Assembly: GCA_007375535.1 (NCBI GenBank)
Contig: VMEM01000006.1
Span: 1-56,006 of the forward strand
From: Parcubacteria group bacterium LiPW_41
GTDB taxonomy: Bacteria; Patescibacteriota; Minisyncoccia; UBA6257; GWB1-50-10
DNA length: 56,006 nucleotides
Reading direction: 5' to 3'
The notes under the pieces were generated by a model. It did no database searches and was not told the DNA's origin. It saw only the letters and a program-made list of their open reading frames with translations. The first letter of the stretch is position 1. Each line of letters starts with the position of its first letter. Shown piece after piece: positions 43,927 through 52,359 of the stretch. The position numbers and the translations under genes were made by a program.

Positions 43927-45510
43927 TTATGGCGACCAGTTCACAATTATATCATCAACAGCTGGACTTGTGCTTCCTGCACTCGAACAATCACTCGCCG
44001 AACAAATTTGAATTTTATATCTGAAGTATCTCTGATTTGTATGATAGTCTTTTGCACATAAAATTTCAGTTGGCTTCCCAGGACCACCTCCAGATCCTGA
44101 AAGTCCGGTATCATACCAGAATGATGATCCACATGTTGTTCCGTCTGACCCAATATAATTCCAAGGTCCCGCCTCACTATTTGCTGTTGCTAGCTGAAAC
44201 TTTACACGTCCACTTCCTTCGGTTCCCTTCCACATTATTGAGTTAAACGTTGCTCCATCAGCAACTTGTGTATCAAACACAATTGAAGTAAGTTCTCCAG
44301 TTGCAGGAAGTCCCGCTTGAACTGTTGCGCGAGCATATCGCGTATAATTCATATTTGTCGTACTTCCGTTATTAGTAACTCGAAAACAGTAAGAGGCACC
44401 GGGTGTCGCATTAGCAGTTGCTGCTATTGAAAACTCTACTTCAGTGAAATTACTTGATGAAAGCGTAATCGCTCCAGTCGTATTTCCTGTTGTTTTTACC
44501 TGGCCAGCAACAAATGTTGCGTTTTCATCAGTTAGTCCACCACTTACATTTGTTGTGGCAGATGCATCACTTAAATAAGTTGTCGAAGTAACAACCCAAT
44601 GTCCCGTTGGAACAGTTGGCACCGCACTATATGTTCCCGAAGAGCAGGTGGCAGTTTGTGCAACCTCAAGTGTGAATTGTGGAGCATTTCCCCTAGTCCA
44701 ACCTTCATTTGAAATGAGAAATCGAAGACGTTTTTTTGTTTGACTTGGGATATTTAAATAGTCACCATCTTCACTTACCGCAAAGGTGGCCGCAGATTCA
44801 TTTCCATCGTCATTACGCCACCTGAAATGAATCGTGTCATAAAGAGGAGTAAAAATACCATATAACCAATACAATATTCCCGAATATACAGCTTTTGTAT
44901 TTGTTATGATTCCTGTTGCAAGTTGCCCCCCCGCACTTCTATTTCTATAATTTGTTGAACTCGCACTCCCTACAATCGACATAGGTCGTGACGCATGAAT
45001 TTCATAACTTGCCGAACTTATATATGGATTGGATGAAGGTGGAGCATTTCCAGTAGTAAATGAATAACAAGATGTAGAATCAAAGAAAGTATTTGATTGA
45101 TCGGGGTCTTTTACTGAAACCTTCCACCAATATTGTGTATTTCCCGAAAGTGTACTTTGTACTGTGTAATATGCTGACGAACCATTTGTATAACAAGAAG
45201 TCGGTGGATTGGTACATGTAGTATTTTGTCCGGTCCAACCAGTAGAACTCACCGCCTGATCATTCGTTTGAACAACATTTGTTGAGCACCCACTACTTGA
45301 ATAGATTGTTACTTTATAAGAAAGATTGTTCCCCTCAGGATCAGCGCCAAGCATTTGAAATTGTGGCGTCACCGAAACATTGGATTCAGTATCATAGGGA
45401 GAATAAGGAATTGCGCTATTTGGAGGAAGCGCAAACGTTTCGTTAAACGAAAAACCAAAAAAAAGACATATAAGAAATACCACCGTCACATATGTCTGTT
45501 TTGTTCTCAT
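43927..45510 (-). CDS. Secreted modular beta-rich surface protein
   Basis: Signal peptide, Fn3/Ig-like N-terminal domain, FRWRNDDG.E..AT module, C-terminal RYFRYKI..SP.VDDI domain. Confidence 0.75.
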   Translation of the reverse strand: MRTKQTYVTVVFLICLFFGFSFNETFALPPNSAIPYSPYDTESNVSVTPQFQMLGADPEGNNLSYKVTIYSSSGCSTNVVQTNDQAVSSTGWTGQNTTCTNPPTSCYTNGSSAYYTVQSTLSGNTQYWWKVSVKDPDQSNTFFDSTSCYSFTTGNAPPSSNPYISSASYEIHASRPMSIVGSASSTNYRNRSAGGQLATGIITNTKAVYSGILYWLYGIFTPLYDTIHFRWRNDDGNESAATFAVSEDGDYLNIPSQTKKRLRFLISNEGWTRGNAPQFTLEVAQTATCSSGTYSAVPTVPTGHWVVTSTTYLSDASATTNVSGGLTDENATFVAGQVKTTGNTTGAITLSSSNFTEVEFSIAATANATPGASYCFRVTNNGSTTNMNYTRYARATVQAGLPATGELTSIVFDTQVADGATFNSIMWKGTEGSGRVKFQLATANSEAGPWNYIGSDGTTCGSSFWYDTGLSGSGGGPGKPTEILCAKDYHTNQRYFRYKIQICSASDCSSAGSTSPAVDDIIVNWSP

Positions 45511-45536
45511 ATATATTTTGTATTAAAAGACGCCAA

Positions 45537-45952
45537 CTACTTCTGTTCTTTTGCTTTTTCAATAAGAGAAACAACCTGTGCATCCTTCGCCAACCGTTCC
45601 CAAAACATAACCGACGCTCGATTAACTGTCATTTGATTGTCTGTTTTGTTTGTTAAGTTCGTTCCTCGATGCACTAAGTTATAAATCTTTTGTGGCGGGG
45701 TCTGCAATTGAAAATTCTGACTTCCAGAAATTTCTGCTTTGTTTTCGGTTAATTCAATTGAATACACGTCCTCCATAACAATTTCATCTGAAGTAATTCG
45801 ACTAATATGACCATAAAATGTATTGCCATCTGCAAGTTTCATTGCATACCAATCAGTGCTGCTTTGTCTCCCTAATAATGAGTTAGAAAGAATACCAAGA
45901 GAAATAGGACGACTATTGTTGTTATTAATAAAATATTTTTTTTAATATTCAT
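45537..45952 (-). pseudogene. Membrane-anchored hypothetical protein split by a 1-nt frameshift (or sequence error)
   Basis: TM leader 45952-45872 (MNIKKNILLITTIVVLFLLVFFLTHY*) is out of frame with the body ...WYAMKLADGNTFYGHI (ends 45537). Confidence 0.5.
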
Positions 45953-45964
45953 ATATAAAAAATG

Positions 45965-46510
45965 TTAGCGTGGATTGTACCATGAGCCCTTACTCCCTTG
46001 ATCAGCGACAAAAATATAATATTCTCCCGAATCAATTCCAAACGTAGAAAGATCAATACTCTCTTTTATTCTTCCACCCTCAGGACATTCATGTGCACTA
46101 TTTATTTTTGCCGATGTCGGATTTTTTTTGTAGTCATCTCGCGCATCAAATACTACAATTGTGTAATACACATCAGTACATGTTCCAGTTAAATCAATAA
46201 CTTTTCCTTTCGTCGAATCGTATGAAAATGTCTGAAAAATTTTACTCTCAGGAAGCTTTTCAATGTTTTTTGCCTCAACTTTTTCTCCTTTATAATCAAT
46301 TACCGGTGCTTCTACCGTTATTGATTCATGAGGAATCGCTATCGCCTCCTTCAATGAAACCGAGGATTCGGGTGTAGAATTTTTAATCTCAATTGTTTTT
46401 TCGGGCAACTTGAATAGCGAACCATATAATACAGTAAGAATTATGATTGCAACGCCAATTGCGAGGCCGCCGTACTCCACTATTTTTTTAATTCGTGTCT
46501 TATCTTCCAT
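45965..46510 (-). CDS. Membrane-anchored hypothetical protein
   Basis: N-terminal TM; Cys-containing beta-rich C-terminus. Confidence 0.75.
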   Translation of the reverse strand: MEDKTRIKKIVEYGGLAIGVAIIILTVLYGSLFKLPEKTIEIKNSTPESSVSLKEAIAIPHESITVEAPVIDYKGEKVEAKNIEKLPESKIFQTFSYDSTKGKVIDLTGTCTDVYYTIVVFDARDDYKKNPTSAKINSAHECPEGGRIKESIDLSTFGIDSGEYYIFVADQGSKGSWYNPR

Positions 46511-46514
46511 AATC

Positions 46515-47024
46515 TTATTTTACTACCTTTAATTCAACGAGAATATCAGAAACAGCATTAAAATAGTGCATTTGCGCAAATTGCTTTGCTTCGTCGCTTT
46601 TCTTATCCCATGGAGGGTTAAAAAACGCCATAATTTTTTCCACCGAAAAATCTGAATGTATTGGGTAATGATCAAGTTTATTCATCACTCTCCAATCTTT
46701 ACTAAAATACTGCCACGTTGCCTCCGAAAGTGCCCGTGTGTGTGTCGGGTCCTGCCACGCACGAATCGAAGTGTAATAAGGCCCCAAAATGGTCACTTTT
46801 GCACCATTTTCACAGATTCTCCATACTTCATTCATAAATTTCATTAGATCCTTTGTATGCTCTGCGTAGTGCGAAATATGCACCTCTTCTATTGAATTAT
46901 CTTTAAACGGCTCCCAAGGAAATTGTTCTAAATCCCAAACAAAATCTACTCCTGGACCAGAAATTATATCAACCCCTTTAAATCCTTCTCTCTTGTTTTG
47001 TCCACACGCAATATCAAGTTTCAT
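46515..47024 (-). CDS. Class I SAM-dependent methyltransferase
   Basis: LDIACG motif I, GVD, D.S......SH..EH, E.WR....G. Confidence 0.88.
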   Translation of the reverse strand: MKLDIACGQNKREGFKGVDIISGPGVDFVWDLEQFPWEPFKDNSIEEVHISHYAEHTKDLMKFMNEVWRICENGAKVTILGPYYTSIRAWQDPTHTRALSEATWQYFSKDWRVMNKLDHYPIHSDFSVEKIMAFFNPPWDKKSDEAKQFAQMHYFNAVSDILVELKVVK

Positions 47025-47026
47025 TG

Positions 47027-47983
47027 TTAATTATTTATTACATATTCATACGCCATTTTTGAGATTTCAGTCATAAAACTTTTTGCCCCCTCTTCGTCAC
47101 TTCCATTTGATGCAAGACACAAGATATAGTGTCGCTGTGGCGCGTACACAATTCCGCAATCAGCAAATGTATCAACTCCTGCCGCAACTCCAATTTTATG
47201 CGAAACACTGATATGCTCAGGAACACCCGATCGAATTTTTTCGTTAAAAGGAGTTTCGGAAAGCAATTTTAAAATATTATTTGAGTTTTCAGAATTTATA
47301 TATGTCGCATTATAAAGAGACAAAAACATATTCGCTAATGTCTTCACATTAATTTTTCCAAAATCACTTTGCTTTCCAATTTCAGCAAATTCCCATCCCA
47401 TTTCTGAATATACTTCAGTAAATGGATCAGTTATTCCAATTCGCTCAAGTGCCTTTGAAATTGCATTTGTTGCAGTATTGTCAGAATCATGAAGCATATA
47501 CTCCATCAATTGCTCCAATGTAAATGTATTCCCAGATCCCTTTTTATATAATTCTCCAAATCGTGAATTTAAATTTAACTCATCAAGTGTATACATATCA
47601 CTCATTTTTATTTTTCCACTCTCAACTGCCTTATATACCGTCATCGCAAGTGGAACTTTTACCGTACTTGCAGATGCAAACAATTCTCGCTCATTTATAC
47701 CAACCCACGCAGCATTATTTAGATATAAAAAATAAATATAAGTGTGTTGTGAATATTTTTTCTGTATTTCTTCAAATTTTTTCCTAAGTGGTTGAAAGTT
47801 AATAATAAAATGTTTATCAAGACCAGCAACAAGAGTTGGATTTAAAAATGTCGAAGTTTTTTCGCTTACAACTCCACTTGGTGTTTCAATAAATTTTTCA
47901 TTCGATGATGCACCTAAAATAAATGCACCACAAATTAATACAATTGCGACAATAATAAAAATTCCATTTTTTTTGTTTACCAT
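47027..47983 (-). CDS. Class A beta-lactamase-fold serine hydrolase (membrane-anchored)
   Basis: SxxK (ASTVK), SDN, HKIG triad; no recognisable omega-loop E166 motif. Confidence 0.8.
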   Translation of the reverse strand: MVNKKNGIFIIVAIVLICGAFILGASSNEKFIETPSGVVSEKTSTFLNPTLVAGLDKHFIINFQPLRKKFEEIQKKYSQHTYIYFLYLNNAAWVGINERELFASASTVKVPLAMTVYKAVESGKIKMSDMYTLDELNLNSRFGELYKKGSGNTFTLEQLMEYMLHDSDNTATNAISKALERIGITDPFTEVYSEMGWEFAEIGKQSDFGKINVKTLANMFLSLYNATYINSENSNNILKLLSETPFNEKIRSGVPEHISVSHKIGVAAGVDTFADCGIVYAPQRHYILCLASNGSDEEGAKSFMTEISKMAYEYVINN

Positions 47984-48693
47984 ACAATATCAGTGTTTAC
48001 ATCTAAATGTCCGACTTTCACCCGTGTGTCACAAGCGACTTTATACCCAAGTTTTCGAATATGCTCAAAAAAATAAAGATCTTGTGTATACATTTTTGCT
48101 CCTTTTTCTGGACTAAACTCTTGGCAAGTTTTAAACCAGGGCTTCTCTATTCTCTCATCTTTAAAAATTTTTGTTTTAAAAAGTGTAAATCCCATTCCCA
48201 ATCCATCACATTCTTGAATATCTTTACTCGGTGGTTGTGGTCGAAAGTGTAAATCTCCCTCCTTCCCCTCTCCATAAATCATCGGTTGCCCCTCCTCTCC
48301 CTTCGTCCAATAAAGTCCCCCAATCACATCATATTCCTCTGCATTCTCATAGAGTCGTAACAATCCATCGGGAGGCGGAAGATTGTCTTCTTCAAGTGTT
48401 AAAATGTATTTCCATTTTGAAAGTTCTTCATTTGCAAGAATCTGCTCAATCATATTGTTATATGCCTCACCAACTTCCATGCCCACCGCAAACACTTTCG
48501 TACACTTCTGATTCATTGGTTGAATCAGTGCCCACCACGAAGAAACAGCCTTTGCATGCACAATCCCTCGTGTTGGAATAACAATAATAGTGGAAAGATC
48601 TTTGTATGTGTTTCCCTGAATAACTCGTGGAATTGAATGTTCCGAATGAATTCCTCCTTGCTCTTTATGAAGTTCTACTGATTTTATTTCCAT
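47977..48693 (-). CDS. GT-A fold (family 2-like) glycosyltransferase
   Basis: IVIPTRG, N.MIE..L, LTLEED, G.GMGF.L, QD.YF....RKLGYK...D..VKVGH. Confidence 0.8.
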   Translation of the reverse strand: MEIKSVELHKEQGGIHSEHSIPRVIQGNTYKDLSTIIVIPTRGIVHAKAVSSWWALIQPMNQKCTKVFAVGMEVGEAYNNMIEQILANEELSKWKYILTLEEDNLPPPDGLLRLYENAEEYDVIGGLYWTKGEEGQPMIYGEGKEGDLHFRPQPPSKDIQECDGLGMGFTLFKTKIFKDERIEKPWFKTCQEFSPEKGAKMYTQDLYFFEHIRKLGYKVACDTRVKVGHLDVNTDIVW

Positions 48694-48697
48694 ATTG

Positions 48698-50503
48698 TTA
48701 TTCTCCAACATTATTAAAAATGATGTATGGAATTACTCCCGCATTTGCCTGACCACCTACACGAAGTTGAGAAAACGCAACACTCGCAGGCATCGCAGTT
48801 GAAAACGTTACCGAATATACCCCAACCCCAGGGAACCCAGCACGGTATGTTGTTGAATTAGTATTACTCACACCAATCTGTCCAGAGTTGAGCGAGGTAA
48901 TCCACCTAAATCCTGAAATAGACATCGGCACAGCAAGGTTCGAACTACGCATCCATAGTCCTACCCAGTACTGAGTTTGAGAAAAGGTTGGCGCAACACT
49001 CCACTGTGATGAATGAAGTGTAAGTCGACGTGGCCCATGATACATTGCAGAATTTCCTGTCCATCCCGCTCCAGTACCAAATGAGGTTGATGCACTATTT
49101 AATAGTGAAAGTGACTGACCATTCAACGTATAAATTCCAATACTAACACGATGAGTATGTGAGGAAGATGAGGCGGTTGCGGTAAGTGAACCAGAAATAC
49201 CAATTGCCATTGTATTCACTGTCATGTTTCCAGGAAACACCCCATTATATGGATCAAGTGGAAATAATAGCAGTGACATATTTGCCGTTCCTGCAAGTGG
49301 TCCAGTTTGTGAACCAAAATTGTTTGCCCACACATTTAAATTTGGTGCAGCCCCACCACCTCCAGCATTTACACTCGCAGTCATCGTCTGTCCGTTAAGA
49401 CCAAATGAAACTCCATTTGCATTAGAAAATACAATTGTTCCACTTGTTGCCGTTGATACCCCACCCCCAATTGCAACACCGCCCCCACCCCCAGTTGGAC
49501 CAATAATAGTCACTGCATTTCCATTTTGTGAAAGCGTAATATTATTTCCTCCAGCAAGAGATAATGTTCCCGAAGAAATCTGCGCCATGACACCCGCAGT
49601 ATTTCCTGACAATGTTATATTGTGAAGATTTTGTGTTTGTACCGATTGCGATGGAACTGAAAATTGCAACGTACTTCCCGTTTGACTGATCGTTATATTA
49701 TTTGATCCTGAAAAATTGATTGTACCTGAAGTGATTGTACTTCCCGAGCTTTGTTCTTTTATTCCAGCAACTTCTGATGCATTATCAAGTGCAACAATTG
49801 TTGACGTTTTACACATCAATGCTCTTGTTATCGAAGAGTTATACCAGATCGCGCCATTGAATGATCCAGAAGGACATGCACCACCAATAGTGTCAGACAC
49901 ATTGCGCCAATCCAAACTCATCCAAATAGGAGTTGCGGCACCCGTTCCTGTTCCCACCTGCACTTTTGTCGCCGAAGTTCTGAGCGCATCACCATATACA
50001 TCTGCGGCAACACGCGCATATGCGGTTGCATCAATTCTTTGTCGAGGAGTGAGTGACTCAAATGGAGCCGAGCCACATGTTCCATTTGATGAGGCAACTT
50101 CAACATTCAGATAGGTTGTATCATTTGATGAAAAATCAAATCCGAGAACATCAGAATCTCCAATACCAATATTAAAGACCCCGCTTGATACCGTTGCTGA
50201 TATCGAGGTTGGCGTTCCTGTTGGCCATACTTTGGTACCCGCCGAACTTGCATCATAAATAGAGACACAAAAGTAATAAGTTCCAGAAAGTGGATTTCCA
50301 CTTGTATCCGTTAAACGTCCCTGATATGCAAGCTTCTTTGAAACTCCAGCCGCAGCCTCTGCCTGTTCAGGAAATATGATATGACTTGCGATAGTTATTG
50401 AAAGAAATGCAGAAAGAGCAAACTCAAATATAGAAAATAAGAGTGCGGCAGCAACTCCTCTTTTCTTATATTCAAAACGAACGTTCGCTTCACGAATGGA
50501 CAT
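48698..50503 (-). CDS. Fibre/adhesin-like secreted protein with phage-fibre-like repeats
   Basis: Signal peptide (AEA|A), YQGRL.D..G.P module, three SGT+.F...N.+ repeats, Gly runs, beta-rich C-terminal domain. Confidence 0.7.
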   Translation of the reverse strand: MSIREANVRFEYKKRGVAAALLFSIFEFALSAFLSITIASHIIFPEQAEAAAGVSKKLAYQGRLTDTSGNPLSGTYYFCVSIYDASSAGTKVWPTGTPTSISATVSSGVFNIGIGDSDVLGFDFSSNDTTYLNVEVASSNGTCGSAPFESLTPRQRIDATAYARVAADVYGDALRTSATKVQVGTGTGAATPIWMSLDWRNVSDTIGGACPSGSFNGAIWYNSSITRALMCKTSTIVALDNASEVAGIKEQSSGSTITSGTINFSGSNNITISQTGSTLQFSVPSQSVQTQNLHNITLSGNTAGVMAQISSGTLSLAGGNNITLSQNGNAVTIIGPTGGGGGVAIGGGVSTATSGTIVFSNANGVSFGLNGQTMTASVNAGGGGAAPNLNVWANNFGSQTGPLAGTANMSLLLFPLDPYNGVFPGNMTVNTMAIGISGSLTATASSSSHTHRVSIGIYTLNGQSLSLLNSASTSFGTGAGWTGNSAMYHGPRRLTLHSSQWSVAPTFSQTQYWVGLWMRSSNLAVPMSISGFRWITSLNSGQIGVSNTNSTTYRAGFPGVGVYSVTFSTAMPASVAFSQLRVGGQANAGVIPYIIFNNVGE

Positions 50504-50556
50504 CTATACTTATTATAACCTATAGACAACGACTAACAACCTACAACTGGGGAGAT

Positions 50557-51189
50557 TTATACGTTAAATTTGAATGATTTAATTATTGAATCAGCCTCTT
50601 CGTATGTCTTAATAAGTTGATCTTTTAACTCTTCAATCTCAGGAAATTTTTTGCTATCAAAATGACGATTTATGTGGACCCCAAGCTCCAAAGGAGAAAC
50701 AACCTTTGTAAACCAAACCTCTTTATATTTTTCTTTTTGATTATCTAGAGTAAATTGAATACCAACATCTAAAACATCTCTTGTTTCTGACTTCCCCATT
50801 TTAAACATTGATGAATAAATTTCTTTTATCGGAACCAATGTGTTGAATCGATAATAAATATCAAAATTGAATCCATAGGCAACAATCGGAATAGTATCAA
50901 AAAGCGCCTCCTTAATTTTGTGAAGTTGGTATGGAAGCATTGAAACCTGTAATTCACGTTTCGATTCATCTTCAATTCGTACGCGATGCCCTTCGAGGAT
51001 AATACGTGATTCAAAATGAGGAACAACAAGAACTTTTGAATTCATAACAGGGTTATCAATAAAACGAATTCCTGTCGCTTCGATTCCACTAAAAACACTT
51101 GCAAACTGACTATTATCAGGTGCTTTAAATTTTGATTCATCAAACAATATAGCAATGTTGGTGTGATAGAGAGATTTAGAAGTAATCAT
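50557..51189 (-). CDS. Hypothetical cytoplasmic protein inside the pilus locus
   Basis: 210 aa, no TM; AYGFNFD pattern loosely TIGR04255-like. Confidence 0.65.
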   Translation of the reverse strand: MITSKSLYHTNIAILFDESKFKAPDNSQFASVFSGIEATGIRFIDNPVMNSKVLVVPHFESRIILEGHRVRIEDESKRELQVSMLPYQLHKIKEALFDTIPIVAYGFNFDIYYRFNTLVPIKEIYSSMFKMGKSETRDVLDVGIQFTLDNQKEKYKEVWFTKVVSPLELGVHINRHFDSKKFPEIEELKDQLIKTYEEADSIIKSFKFNV

Positions 51190-51247
51190 TATTAATGGTT
51201 TTTATATGTTGTAGTAAGTATTACGCATAGAAAATAAATTGTGAAGA

Positions 51248-51895
51248 CTAACACCCACTACAAATCGTTAGCGTTGTTGTTGCATTGATATTTGTTTTTG
51301 AGCTATATGTTGTTACTGGACAAGTACCCGTTGCAGTCGAAGTCGACATCCAAGACCCCTGTGCACATGTCTTATTTCTCCAGCGTGATATGAATCCTTT
51401 TATTACCGTTGGAGCAGTCGAGGTGGTAGCTACAGTCACAGTAACCTGCTCTGTCGCTGGATCAAACACCCCCCCACTTGTAGTACACGTTGTACCGGCA
51501 CCAGATGTATCGGTAACTCCAGTTATATTTCGCGTTGAAGTGCTCCTGCAAATATTTTGAATAGTAAACGATCGTGAATAGGAATCATTACTTATACTCA
51601 CCACTTCTGTTCCGGTAGCAACAATCCACTTTCCCCCTGATTTTTGCGGATAATATGGCGAAGCGGTGTCAGACTTCGTGAGTAAATAAATGTTCTGCCA
51701 TTTCTCAGTAACGATACTCTCAACTGCAGTAAGTGTCTCTTCAGCGAGCCCTAGTGCAGTATTTTCCGCTCCTGTTGATTGGTTGCTTCTTAACCCAACA
51801 TACACAAGTTGTGAACCAAGTGCCAAAAGCCCAACCCCGGCTGCAACAGCAATAATGATTTCTATGAGTAATTGTCCTGATCTATTATTTCTCAT
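51248..51895 (-). CDS. PilV-like minor pilin
   Basis: G|QLLIEIIIAV motif with Glu5; Cys-bridged C-terminus. Confidence 0.8.
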   Translation of the reverse strand: MRNNRSGQLLIEIIIAVAAGVGLLALGSQLVYVGLRSNQSTGAENTALGLAEETLTAVESIVTEKWQNIYLLTKSDTASPYYPQKSGGKWIVATGTEVVSISNDSYSRSFTIQNICRSTSTRNITGVTDTSGAGTTCTTSGGVFDPATEQVTVTVATTSTAPTVIKGFISRWRNKTCAQGSWMSTSTATGTCPVTTYSSKTNINATTTLTICSGC

Positions 51896-52353
51896 TGATA
51901 AATAAGTCCAGATGTCGCGACATTAATTGATTTGGTAAGCGTATCACGACGAAGCACAATAGATGTAGATGTGGTATTTCCTGAAATTTTGCTAAACACA
52001 ACATCAAGTGAAGTGGAAGATGTCGGAGTGTCAAACGAAATAACAGAATTTAAATATGTTGTTGATACAATAGTGCTTGATACGCCACCGTACACCGTTG
52101 GAGTACTAAATAATTCATAATAATCCTGCGAAGCATTTGTAAATCGGATTCCCCACTTCATTTGATTTTTTCCTGCAAGTGCATTTTCGCGCGCCAATTT
52201 TAAATCAGCAACAATTGCTTTTGCTGTTTCATCCAATTCTATACCACGAGAAAATTGAATATAAAACCCAGAACCTATTGCTCCTATAACTGCAATAACT
52301 GCAATAGTAAGTAAGAGCTCTAACAGTGAAAATCCGCTTTTTTTATTTTTCAT
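51892..52353 (-). CDS. FimT/GspH-like minor pilin
   Basis: G|FSLLELLLTIAVI; DL..AR..A...WGI.F. Confidence 0.88.
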   Translation of the reverse strand: MKNKKSGFSLLELLLTIAVIAVIGAIGSGFYIQFSRGIELDETAKAIVADLKLARENALAGKNQMKWGIRFTNASQDYYELFSTPTVYGGVSSTIVSTTYLNSVISFDTPTSSTSLDVVFSKISGNTTSTSIVLRRDTLTKSINVATSGLIYQ

Positions 52354-52359
52354 AATCTA

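Noticed and set aside
47027-47983. Antibiotic-resistance beta-lactamase
   Set aside because: No E166 omega-loop motif; membrane-anchored and embedded in a pilus operon
49460-49500. Collagen-like repeat in the fibre
   Set aside because: These are poly-Gly linkers, not a Gly-X-Y periodicity
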